Shown here in pieces: positions 1-10,705 of a stretch of DNA of 64,000 nt (position 1 is its first letter; every line of letters starts with the position of its first letter). Below the pieces are notes generated by a model that had not been told where the DNA came from, searched no databases, and saw nothing but the letters and a program-made list of their open reading frames with translations. Both the position numbers and the translations under genes were made by a program. The stretch is from Hyaloraphidium curvatum SAG 235-1 (Eukaryota > Fungi > Monoblepharomycota): contig JAIVFI010000002.1 of NCBI GenBank assembly GCA_025558095.1, positions 62,001 through 126,000 on the forward strand, written 5' to 3'.

Positions 1-122
1 GGTGGCTGAGCTGATGCTGTTGAGAAGGGAGCGCGGCATCCCGCTGGGCAAGTGGGTGCCGATCTGAACGCTAGAGAAACGTGTAATCGGTCAATGTGGT
101 GAACTCTTCTTTGGTGTCTTTC

Positions 123-1647
123 ATGCTGCTGGTGTTCCCGCCCGCTCAGGGGGACCGCGTTTCCAGCGGGTCGGCGGTCCCGCTGCCCAGTTCTGTTTCA
201 ACTTGCATACCGTCGCTGCACGCGTCCGACGGCCTCAAACTGGAGGGCGACCACCCCTACAAAAATGATCCCGTCCCGACGGAGGGGCAGTGCGGCGCCG
301 CGATCGCGCGGATGGTCGGGCGCACGCGCTGGATCGACGTGGCGCGCGCGTTGGCACCGACAGATCCCGGCCACGGCGTGACCGTGCAGGACCCGAGCCC
401 CGCCGGGTGTGATTTCGTTCGGCTTCACAGAACGATCTCCGGGCAAGGCGGCGAGCTGGAGCTGCTCGCGCCCGACGTGGCCGAGCTGGAGCTGCGCCGG
501 GTCGTCTCCGCCTCGTTCCTTGAATGCAAGGCCGGCCAGAGGATGAAGTTCTTCGACGCAACGATGGAGTGGGTGGCGGCCGCCGAGGCTGAACGGGCAC
601 ATCTGTCGCCCGGCCAGAGGACCAGCGCGGTGGAGGCTCTGCGGCAAGAGACCGCCCCGCAGCGGTGGCAGCAGTTTGCCGACGCAGCAATCGCCCGGGC
701 GAGAGCGCACGGCGGGGCTTACAGCATCCTCCGCTACCGGCTCCACCATTTCTTCAGCAAGGCGCAGGTCAAGGGAAAGATCCCGCAACAGCACGGCGCT
801 CACGAGCAAATCATCGGCTCGGCCGGCCACCGCATCAACGCCATGGGCATCCCCGATGCCGTGGACCTCTCTGCGCACCTCGCTCTCCTGGGCGACGCGA
901 CGGCGGCGTCCGGCGTAGCGGGAGTGCTCTACCGGACTCACGACTCGCGCATTTTGTGCCCCCTGGGCGACAATGGCGTCCCGCTCCGGCCGTGGACGCA
1001 GCCGGACAAGGATTCGGACTTTGATGCGACGCGCGTGCGTATCCATTACGAGACGGCGCGGTCCAACGACGTCCGCGGTGCGGCCAGGGGCGCGATCATC
1101 CGCGAGTTTTCGATGACGTATCTGGATTCCAGCAGCGAAACGCCGCCCAGCGGGATCACCACCGGGCCCTGCTACTTCTGCTCCCGCCTCACGGGCCGCT
1201 ACTACACCCGCACAATGCCCATATCAAAGGACCACGTTAATCGCCCGCTGGATCCCCTCGCAGAGGAGTTCTGTTTTCTGGTGTGCACCGCCTCGGCTAC
1301 GAGCAGATGCGCGGCCAAGGGCAAGTCCGAGATGGATCGGCTCGTGGCGGCCTTCGTCGGGGTGCCAGATCTTTGCGTTGGCGAGCTCTGCTGGAACCCC
1401 ACGTGCGTGCGGCAGGGCAAGGGGGATGATGCTGGGAAGTACAAGAGATGCAGCCGCTGCAGGGCTGCGAGATGTGAGCTTCGATGCCACACGGACCTTG
1501 CTTCGTTCCTGCTCATGTGAGCTCCTTCCAGATTGCTCGGTCGAGTGCCAGAAGGAGGATTGGCCGCGGCACAAGGTCGATTGCAAGCGGCAGGAGGACG
1601 CGGAGGAAGCCACGGTTGCGGGCATCGGTGCCCTGTCGTTGGACTGA
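123..1647 (+). CDS. MYND zinc-finger protein, copy 1 (start uncertain: ATG123, CTG240 or ATG312)
   Basis: Removing intron 1474-1531 (gtgagc...ccag) gives CWNPTC...KRCSRCRAARYCSVECQKEDWPRHKVDC, a MYND finger. Strong collinear similarity to 3111-4518. Confidence 0.75.
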
Positions 1648-1888
1648 TCGCTCGCCGGACGCAAAGAGTCTTGTCACGGACGGTTTCCACAGGTTGTAGC
1701 CGTCCACACGCGGAAATGGCTGGCCGAATATCCCGAATCAGATATACTCACTTCGAACTCTTGCCTTCGCGAGAGGTATGGTCACCGGCACCGCAACGGC
1801 GCTTTTGTGATGGCTGGCGCGCGTCACTTCATCGGTCCATGTCCACCACACTCACCCTCGCACATCCTTCGCTCTTGCTCTCCAAACG

Positions 1889-2975
1889 ATGGCAGACTTT
1901 ACCGGTGTGTAGAGCGGCGGACATGTTGACCTTGTCTGAGCCCGCTCCGTCCCGCGCACCGTGCTTTCTGGCAGCGGCCCGCTTCTTCACCACCGCCGAG
2001 CTGCGCCTGCAAGAGAACCGCGGCGTCGTCGGGGTCAGATCACCTTCCGGCCCCGTTCCCACCTACCGCGATTGGGAGCCGATCGTTGCCGGGCCGCTCG
2101 TTGTTGTCATGGACCGGCCCGTCCCGTGGCAACTCCACGGCGTCGCCGCCAAGGAGCCGGGGGACGTGCGCTTCCACGTGTCGACCGACGTCGCCACCGT
2201 CTCGTTCAGCGCCGTTCCTTCGGGCCGCGGGGATCTTATGCCAGGCCAGTACCACATGGATGCCAAGGAGGGTGGCGGTTGGGCCGTGATCGGGCAAGGA
2301 GATGGTCCGGTGCCCTACAACAGAGGCGGCTTCGATGCGGCAGTGATCGACACCGTGCAGCCTGGAACTTTGTGGCAGCTTCCCGCCAGGTTGATCGAGT
2401 ACAATGAGAGCGGGATCAGGGTCGCCAAGGCCTGGCTCGCGCGGCCCGACTTTGCCTTTCGCTCGTGCCCCGGAATGGACGACCAGTGCCGGGCCCATGT
2501 GTACGTCGGGAGGATGGTGCTGGAATCGGGCAAGGTCGCCATCCACGACATGATTCACAAGGAGCAGTTCGCCGCTAGCGAGGCCACGAGCTTGCCGGTC
2601 TCGACGGGCATCGGAGACGGTCTCCACCCCATCAATCTCCGCCGCGATCTCAAGTAAGCTTCACAGTTGCATTTTGATGCGTCTTATCTCACCCGAACCT
2701 CATTGTGTAGAGGCCACATCTGCGCGATTGAAGTCGACTTCTTCCCTCCCGGCCAAGGCACCGATTCGGGGGGAGACGTCGGCGGATTCGCCGTGCCTTG
2801 GTGCCGTGTGTGCAGCTCGGACACGTTCCCGAGGCCCTGCAGCGCGTGCGGTTCGGTTCTCTACTGCGGGGCTGCGTGCCAGGCACAGGACAAGAGTGCG
2901 CGCAGATGCGCAACTGAACCAGGACAGGTCATCAAACAGGCTCTAGTCGCTCATGCACAGAATCATCTTCGATTC
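1889..2975 (+). CDS. Hypothetical protein with C-terminal MYND-like finger; 3' end unresolved
   Basis: ATG1889; intron 1905-1974 gives MADFTAARFF. The apparent TAA at 2655 lies inside a gtaagc donor (intron 2654-2710); splicing continues to WCRVC...PCSACGSVLYCGAACQAQD. Confidence 0.6.
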
Positions 2976-3110
2976 GTCACTTCATTCATTTTCACCAAGC
3001 TTCTTGTTTGCTGTCCGCATCCGGAAGAATCGGCGGGCCCTTGGTCCCTCCACCGACTTGCTCCCCCACTCTACGACCCGGCGCCGTCGCGTCCGACGGC
3101 CTCGTCCAAA

Positions 3111-4518
3111 ATGGAAGACGACCATCCCTACGCGTACGACCGCGTCCCGACGGAGCAACAGAGCGCCGCGGCCATCGCGCGCATGGTCGGGCGCCCGCGC
3201 TGGATAGACGTGCCGCGCGCATCGGCGCCGGCAGAACCCGGCCACGGCGTGATGGTGCAGGACCCGAGCCCCGCCGGGCGTGATTTCGTTCGGTTTCACA
3301 GAAGGATCTCGGGGCAGGGCGGCGAGCAGGAGCTGATTGCCGCGGACGTGGCCGAGCTGGAGCTGCGCCGGGTCGTCCCCGCCTCGCTCCTCGAGTGCAA
3401 AATCGATCTGCGGTCGAAATTCTGGGACACGACGATGGAATGGGTGGCGGCCGCCGAGGCGGAGCGCAGCAACTTGCCCGCCGCCCAGCGGAGGAAGGCC
3501 GTGGAGGCCCTGCGGCTCCAGACCGCCCCGCAACGATGGCAACAGTTCGTCGACGCCGAGGTTGCCAGGGCGAGCGTGCACGGCGGAGCCTACAACATTC
3601 TCCGCTACCGGCTCCACTTCTTCTTCCGCAAGGCCCAGGTGAAGCGGAAGATACCGCAGGCCCACCGTGCACAGGAGCAGATCCTCAGCTCGGCCGGCCA
3701 CCGCATCAACGCCATGGGCATCCCCGAAGCGGTGGACCTCTCTGCGCACCTCGATGTCCGGGGCGACGGGGCCGCGGCTTCCGGCGTTTCGGACGTGCTC
3801 TACCGGACCCTGGACTCGCGCGTGCTGTGCTCCATCGGGGACGAGGGCGTGCCGCTCCGGCCGTGGCTCGCGCCGGACAAGGAACGGGACGCCGACGCGG
3901 CGCGGGTGCGCCTGCAATCCGAGACCGCTCGGTCGTACGAGGTCCGCAACGCGGCAAAGAACGAGATCGTGGCGGAGTTTTCGAAGACGTATCTCGTTTC
4001 GAGCGGCGAGGCGCCACCCAACGAGAACTCCAACGGGCCCTGCTACTTCTGTTCCCGCGCAACGGGCCGCTACTACTCCCGCACGATGCCCATCTCCGAT
4101 GACCACGCCAGCCGCCCGCTGGACCCGTTGGCGGAAGAGTTCTGCTTGCTGGTGTGCACGACGTCGGCGACGAGCAGGTGCGCGACCAAGGCCAAGTCCG
4201 AGATGGACAGGCTCGTTGGGGCGTTTGTTGGGAGGCCCGACCTGGGCATCGGCGAGGTCTGCTGGAACGCCGGGTGCGCGCGCGAGGGCAAGGGCGAGGA
4301 AGCGGGCAACTACAAGAGGTGCAGCCGGTGCAGGGTCGCGAGATGTGAGCTTCGAGGCCACACGGGCCTTGCTGCGTTCCTGCTCATGTGAGCTCCTGCC
4401 AGATTGCTCGGTCGAGTGCCAGAAAGAGCACTGGCCGCGGCACAAGGCCAACTGTAAGCGGCAGGAGGACGCCGAGGAAGCCGCGGCCGCGGGCGTCGGG
4501 GCGCTGTCCTTGGATTGA
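3111..4518 (+). CDS. MYND zinc-finger protein, copy 2
   Basis: aaaATG start (MEDDHPY); intron 4345-4402; CWNAGC...CSRCRVARYCSVECQKEHWPRHKANC; additional CYFC...C...C cluster. Confidence 0.85.
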
Positions 4519-4543
4519 TTGCTTGCGGAAGCAGACAGTCTTG

Positions 4544-5075
4544 TCACGGTTTCCACAGCTTGTGGCCCGTCCAGAGGGCGGAGATGGCTGCCATTGAAGC
4601 GTCGAATAAGATACCCAGTTCTCGCCCTCATCCGTTCTGTCTCTGGCCCCACGCACCTGCGATCGCCGCCGGCCTCGCCGCCTTCCCCCTCGAAACCGTT
4701 CCGTAGACCCCGACCTCGAGCCCAAAGTACCCCAGCGCCAGCAGGAAGGTCGCATGCGCCGCACGGAGTAGCCCCCTGTTCTCCGGCTCTGCCGCCGCGG
4801 CGAGGGAGACGGCGCATGTGGCAGCGGTCCAGACGGCGAAGGTGCGGCCGGCCAGGGGGGAGAATCCGCGGCCGCCATCAAACAACTGGGTTTCGAGGTT
4901 CTCCCCGAGTAGGCGGCGGGGGTAGGCGTAGCCAAGGGCCACGGCGAAGAGCCTCATCGCGGCGACCAGAGTGAGCCAATTGGAGAGGGTGGCGTGCGCG
5001 AACAGGCGGTCGAGAAGCTGCCAGACGCGTCAATCGCAAAGCGAAGCATGTAATGAGGCGACCCACTAATGCCAT
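4544..5075 (-). CDS. ERG28: Ergosterol biosynthesis protein 28-like
   Basis: Spliced MAL|LLDRLFAHATLSNWLTLV...SPLAGRTFAVWT...TFLLALGYFGLEVGVYGT...|AISALWTGHKLWKP*. Matches the Erg28 PLxxRTFxxWT and F..E..V motifs; two introns. Confidence 0.8.
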
Positions 5076-5357
5076 TTGGGTCCAAAGGACGCCTGGGTGT
5101 CTGGGTTGAAGTCAAGATGGAAACGACTCCGGTTCTCTGGCACACCGCCTTCTGCCCGCTCGGAACACGACGTGGCGCCTCTTGGCCGCGAAGATCGCAA
5201 AACCTCACGTGAAAAGCGGGGAATCCGGGCTTATATGCCAGGATGCGGCCGCGACAACAGAGTGGACGGTGTGCAGTCTTCTCGCCCGACTTCGCACCTC
5301 GCCACCGCCTGGAACCCTCATGCCGCCTGAAGAACCGGGCTATTGTCTAACGAGGTT

Positions 5358-5453
5358 CTGGAGCTCCACATGGTCCCATCGGACCGCAGCGAGGACCTGC
5401 TGGAGGGCACCGGGCCCGCGACCCCACCCGGAGAGGCGAAAGCTCGGCTGTAG
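5358..5453 (+). pseudogene. Orphan 3' fragment of the Deg protease gene (LELHMVPSDRSEDLLEGTGPATPPGEAKARL*)
   Basis: Identical to the last 96 nt of CDS 9041-10705, with no matching upstream coding sequence. Confidence 0.85.
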
Positions 5454-5770
5454 CGAGGCTCTCCATTCATTCGTTGGCCAGCTTTCTTTTGGCGGCATCG
5501 ACGGCTTCCGTCCTGGACGTGTCTTGTCCTGGCTCGGCCTCGCCTGAGCGTGAGCTCGGAATGAGCGCTGCGTTGAGCCGATCCACGACCGAGCCCCATG
5601 GCCCGACATGCTCCTGCCCTCCGCTCCGAAATCCGCCACAGGTGGCCGCGGGAGCGAGGTGATGGGACGTCGTGCTGTCCGCAGCCGCTCTGGATGGCAG
5701 CGGGCGCGGCACCAGGAGCCCGTGGGGCAGTCTTGCCCGTGCGCAGCCCGCGATGCCAGCTGCCTGCGCG

Positions 5771-5822
5771 CCCGTAATTTCCCCTATGCCCGGAGAACGG
5801 TGGCGGCCCGCCCCCAATAAAT
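5771..5822 (+). promoter_or_regulatory. Candidate snRNA promoter: PSE/USE-like CCCGTAATTTCCCC at about -80 and TATA-like AATAAAT at about -35 (same at 11023-11074)
   Basis: Two AT-rich motifs in GC-rich DNA at spacing typical of snRNA promoters upstream of U1; function inferred. Confidence 0.4.
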
Positions 5823-5850
5823 CCGGATCGACCTCGTCTGCTGTGTCCTC

Positions 5851-6016
5851 ATACTTACCTTGCCTCGTCGTGCCGGTGATCATGAAGGCTGGACGGCGGT
5901 GCGGGAGGTCCGGCATTGCACAACCGTCGGAAAGCCCGTGCTGGACTGGGCTTCGGCTCAGAGCCGGGGCGCATTTTTTACCCCCGGGTAGGCGGGGTTC
6001 GCCTCGTCCACCTGGC
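5851..6016 (+). ncRNA. U1: U1 spliceosomal snRNA, copy A
   Basis: 5' ATACTTACCT; loop I GATCATGAAG (U1-70K site); loop II ATTGCAC (U1A site); SL III with TTCG loop; helix H TGCCTC/GGGGCG; Sm-like ATTTTTTA; SL IV with TTCG loop; about 165 nt. Confidence 0.95.
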
Positions 6017-6267
6017 ATCAATGAAGCAAAGACGGAAACGAATGAAGGGGTTCCTTCGGGCCGCGTCGGGGCCGCCGCCGCCGGATGGCGAAAACGAAGG
6101 CTGCCACCCCGCAAGCATGGGGAAGGAGAGTCGGGTGCAGGTTCGATGTACACCGAGAACAGGAGACTAGAAATCGTCCTTGCCTCTATTTCGCTCGAAC
6201 TGCCATGTTGCGTGATCCGCGACGTCGTCGCCGATGTGATTGCCGCGTATCCCCTCCTTCGCCGAGC

Positions 6268-8908
6268 ATGGCGTCCCCCATTGTGGTCGTGCGCTGTGCG
6301 GCCCCTGATCCTCTCGGAATCGTCGCTGCAACGCGTCCTTTCCACTTTGCGCGGGACGGAACGGCCTGGATACAGAGCACGGGCGTCGTGGTGGCCATTT
6401 CCGCGGGAGACGGCCGGGTGCCTGGAGACGGACCAGCGCGTGCCTCGGATGCCCATCCGACCTCTGATTCTGGGCCCGACGGCACTTTTCGTCATGGGCA
6501 TGGAGGAGAACGGCTTGCGGGCGCCCCGAAGCGCGTTGTTTGGGTGCTCTCCCACGCCTCGGCTGTGACCCCGTGCCTGGACATCGAGGCGGCTCTGACG
6601 GCTTCTTCTGGCCAACCGGCCGCGTCCGCTCATTCTGCGGATTCATCTGCGCGTCAGGGACGCCGTGAAAACGCTCTCGATGGCGGCAGAGACCTCCCCA
6701 CGGTCCTAGCAGGTGCCCAGACCGAGATTCTGCTTTCGCAGACCGCTCCCTATCTTCCTGCCACGGTTCGCGCCATTTTTCCAGTACCCGGCGTCGCAGA
6801 CGCCATAGCAAAGCTAGCGGAAGGCCCTTGGTGGAGGATCGGATGGGGCGGCGTCTCTCTGCGCTGGGCCGACATGAGGCTCATCTCGAAGGGCGACGCC
6901 GGCGTCGGTTGGACAACCTGCGACGCCACGCACCTCGCATTGCTGTCAGTCGATGTCCCGGACGGTATTGCTCTTCCAGAGGTGTTTCGGTGGAACACCA
7001 AGGCGTCGCGCGCGCCAACTCCGGGCGATCCGCTGGTGCTGTACTCGCACCCGTTCTCCCTCGTCAATCCGGAAATGTTCTGGGGCTCATTGGGTTCCGG
7101 CGTCGTCGCAAACCTGGTCTACGCTCAACGGAAGAACGAGGCTGGATCTGAGCCAGGCGACGGTCATGGTCGACCTAGACTGATCCTGACGGACGCGCGT
7201 TATCTCTCCGGATCCGAAGGCGGCCTTGTTCTTGCTCCCGCCAGGCAGGACGCAGCGTCAACATCATCCTCGGCACCATCATCACAGCCGCCATGGATGT
7301 CCGACCCCATCGGCATGATCTGGCCTCCGCTGTGCCGGCTTGACTCCTCGCACCCGATACCACCCATGCCGCCGCAGATACCCAAAACCGATCGCGAGAG
7401 GGAGAAAATGAGGGAGCGCGAAGCCATTAGGGTGCAGCCGCTCGAGTTTTCGCTCGTGGTGCCCGCCGAACTAGTCGCTGTGGCGCTCGATCGCGCTGGA
7501 CTTGGCGGCATGGTTGGAGCCGGGACGGCTACGTCGGCCCCTGATCGCGGCGGTGGCTCTTTTCTAGATTCCACCCAGACCGAGCACTCTCTCGGAGCAT
7601 CGCTCACGCCCGTGGCTCCCGCCAACCTCGCCGCCGCAGCGCAGGTTGAGCGAAAGGGACATCCACGGCTTCATGCGCCGCCGGTGCCGGACCTCTTTAG
7701 GACAATGTGCCCGATGGTGACCGTGTCGAGTGCGCGTGGCGGCACGACATGGGCTTCCGGCGTACTTGTCGTCGGCCGCGAGCCCGCGACGGAAGTCTAC
7801 AACTACATGCCGCGTGGGCAGAGCAATTCCACCGAATCGCTTGGCCCACGGAAAGCATGTGGGTGCCATGGGAGTGACAGTGTCGTTCCGTTATGAGCCT
7901 GACCCGTTTCTTCCAGACATCCTCACCAATGCCCACGTCCTTCTCCCCCATCTCCCGACCAACCCCCGCGGACACAACCGCTCTGTCGGCCCCAAGCTGG
8001 CTGCTAACGCTCCTCCGCCGGTCGAAACCAACATGGTAAAGCCGCGAGATTGGGAGCTGGGCACCGTACGGTGCGGGGCGCGCATCTGGCTTCCCGACGG
8101 CGACAAGGGCCGCATCCGCGACGAGCAGTTCCTTCATCCGATCTTCATCGCCCCTCCGTCGTCGCTCTGGGATCTCGCGGTCCTGGGGCCCGTCTACCTG
8201 GGCGAGGACGTCGAACGGATGCTCGAGTGGACCGAGGCGGCCGGCAACAGCACGGGTCGAGGTCTTGGCGAGCTCGTCGAGGGGTGCGAGGCCGCAGCCA
8301 TCGGACACGGTGTTTTCGGCCCGCGCTCGGATCTCGCGCCAACCGTCTCTCGGGGCATCCTACGCCGCGTCGTTCGGATACCTACAGAGCCGGCCGCTCT
8401 GCCTATCCAACTTCACTCGAACGCTGCCGTGCACAACGGATCCTCGGGTGGGCCCCTGCTGGCGCTCGACGGCGGGCGCTGGAAGTGGGCCGGACTGGTC
8501 TGCTCGAACCTCTCCTTCACCCCGCCGGGACAGGCCGCCCCGGGCGGCCGCAAGTTCCCTGTCAAGATGCCCTCCGTCAACTTCTCCGTGCCGATCGCGG
8601 TTATCGAACCCCTTCTGAAAGGCCTCTTTTCCGGCGACGGTGGAGCGGCCTTCGCGCGGCTCTGCTCTCCGTCAGCCCTGCACGAACCCTCCTTCTCTCC
8701 GGAGCTCGAGCTCCTCCTCGACGAGAAGCACTCGCACTTCGTGCGCTCTGTCTGGAGCATCGGATTCTCCAGGATGCCCGAGGAGGACGGTGAGATTGGG
8801 CGGCGGAGAAAGAGGGTGAGGGAGCTAGTGGAAGCGAGAAAGAGGTGGGCCGAGGAGCAGGAACGGAAAGTGGATCCGGATCAGGGCAAGCCAAAGGCGA
8901 AGCTCTGA
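6268..8908 (+). CDS. TYSND1: Peroxisomal leader-peptide-processing protease (TYSND1/DEG15-like), PTS1 -AKL
   Basis: N-terminal degenerate trypsin domain (LTDARYLSGSEGG); intron 7859-7916 restores WASGVLV...YILTNAHV; DLAVL; HNGSSGGP; ends KPKAKL*. Confidence 0.85.
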
Positions 8909-9040
8909 TGTGCTGCGAATATGGTCCGTCCAATTCTATACCTGAAATGCTCTTCCATCGTCGTCTGCATGGCTGTCTAGCCAACATGCAGCCTGCATTT
9001 TGGGACGTACTAGACGCCGTCCCCCCCTCACTCGACACCA

Positions 9041-10705
9041 ATGCCGCCGGCGCAACCTGAGCTCTCCGCGGCTTCGGAGCTCCGCGATTTGCTGCCGAGC
9101 ATAGTCAAGCTCGAAGTCGCACACTCGCAGCCGAACTTTGCGCTGCCCTGGCAGCAGGATCGCAGCTTCCGGTCGCACTCCACTGGATTCACCATTGCCG
9201 GCCGTCGGATCCTGACCAATGCCCACTGTGTCGACGGAGCGGCCCAAATCCGCGTGCGCCGACCGGGATCGCCGCGAAGATTCGCGGCAGATGTACTTGC
9301 CATCGGCAGGGACTGCGATTTGGCCGTTTTGACAGTCCGCGAGCCTGCCTTCTGGATGGACGCGGCGGACAAGGCCAAAGCTGCACCCTTCGTGGACATT
9401 GCCGCGCGGGCAAAGGCCGCAGCTTTGCCAGAACTTGAAGAAAGGGTCATCGCCGTGGGATTCCCGACCGGAGGTGATACCGTCAGCGTGACGAGCGGCG
9501 TCGTGAGCCGCGTGGAGATGCAGACATACTCCAACGGCGGCACGCGCCTCCTCGCCGTTCAGGTCGACGCTGCGATCAATCCCGGCAACTCAGGCGGTCC
9601 CGTGTTTGACGCCCAAAGGCGATTCGTTGGCATCGCGTTCCAGGCGCTCACTCAGAGCCAGAATGTCGGCTACATCATTCCGGTTCCTGTTGTGTGGCAC
9701 TTTCTCGAGGACCTGGAGCGCAACGGACGGTACACGGGCATTCCGGCTCTCATGTTTGAAACGCAGGGCCTGGAGAATGCGGCCCTTCGCGAGTACTTGG
9801 GTCTGCCCGAGAACATGTCGGGCGTGCTGGTCACGCGCGTGTACGATCTCTGTCCCTTCAAGGACCTCAAACCTGGAGATGTGATCACCGAGATCGATGG
9901 ACATGGCGTGGCGGATGATCACACCGTGCAGTTTTCCCCAGATTTGCTGCTCCTCGGGCCTCTGATGTCGTTGAATGACAGTTCCACGCCGCGTTCAAAC
10001 ACCGGATCCAGCAACACATCTGCCCCCGCAAGTGGCGCTACACGGCCGGCGGAACGAATCGAGATGGAGTTCGTCGTCACCCAGCACCATGTCGGCGACA
10101 AGTGCACGCTGACCCTGTTTCGGGACGGCACCACCCGCTTCGTGACTGCGACCTTGGCTCCTCCCTCGCCGCTCGTGCCGCTGGAGGGGACCCGCAGGCA
10201 CCGTGGCGGCCACTTGTTGCTGCCCAGCTACAGGCTCGTCGGCGGCATTGTGCTGACTGTCCTCACCGAGTCCCTCATTGCCTCCTCGGCCCACTTCTCG
10301 AACGAGTTGGGAGGTCTTTTGGCGCCGTGGTACGAAGCCCCAAAGAGATACGCGGACGAGGAGGCTGTTGTCTGCGGGGGCGTTTTGCCTCATTCCTCCA
10401 CCATCGGGTATGAGGGTCTGACCATGCTCAGGCTCGCACGCGTATGCGGTCAAGAGGCCAGGAACCTGGCGCAAGTCAGCCGTATTCTTGATGGAGCGAC
10501 CAAGGAAGCAGTGAGCAGCGGGACCAAACCGTTTCTCAAGCTGGAGTTTGAGCGCGGACCTGTAGCTGTTCTGGACGCCCGTTCCCTGGACAAAGACACC
10601 AAGGAAGTGCTGGAGCTCCACATGGTCCCATCGGACCGCAGCGAGGACCTGCTGGAGGGCACCGGGCCCGCGACCCCACCCGGAGAGGCGAAAGCTCGGC
10701 TGTAG
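9041..10705 (+). CDS. Deg/HtrA serine protease with PDZ domains (plant DEG2/9/10-type), PTS1 -ARL
   Basis: PNFALPWQ, ILTNAHCV, DCDLAVL, GGDTVSVTSGVVSR, VQVDAAINPGNSGGP, PDZ LKPGDVITEIDG; apparently intronless; ends EAKARL*. Confidence 0.9.
   Translation: MPPAQPELSAASELRDLLPSIVKLEVAHSQPNFALPWQQDRSFRSHSTGFTIAGRRILTNAHCVDGAAQIRVRRPGSPRRFAADVLAIGRDCDLAVLTVREPAFWMDAADKAKAAPFVDIAARAKAAALPELEERVIAVGFPTGGDTVSVTSGVVSRVEMQTYSNGGTRLLAVQVDAAINPGNSGGPVFDAQRRFVGIAFQALTQSQNVGYIIPVPVVWHFLEDLERNGRYTGIPALMFETQGLENAALREYLGLPENMSGVLVTRVYDLCPFKDLKPGDVITEIDGHGVADDHTVQFSPDLLLLGPLMSLNDSSTPRSNTGSSNTSAPASGATRPAERIEMEFVVTQHHVGDKCTLTLFRDGTTRFVTATLAPPSPLVPLEGTRRHRGGHLLLPSYRLVGGIVLTVLTESLIASSAHFSNELGGLLAPWYEAPKRYADEEAVVCGGVLPHSSTIGYEGLTMLRLARVCGQEARNLAQVSRILDGATKEAVSSGTKPFLKLEFERGPVAVLDARSLDKDTKEVLELHMVPSDRSEDLLEGTGPATPPGEAKARL

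Larger units (their letters stand above)
5358..6092 (+). repeat. 735-bp direct repeat, copy A (carries Deg 3' tail and U1 snRNA gene)
   Basis: Matches 10610-11344 at offset 5252; only one mismatch noticed by eye (T5842 vs C11094). Confidence 0.95.

Noticed and set aside
5467-6633. ORFs across the repeat (5467-6633 minus, 5672-6568 plus, 10719-11273 minus)
   Set aside because: They overlap U1 and its promoter, have no recognisable motifs, and are typical GC-rich spurious frames.
7730-7916. Apparent frameshifts between overlapping ORFs (TYSND1 and many other genes)
   Set aside because: Resolved by short GT-AG introns that restore conserved motifs; not pseudogenes or programmed frameshifts.
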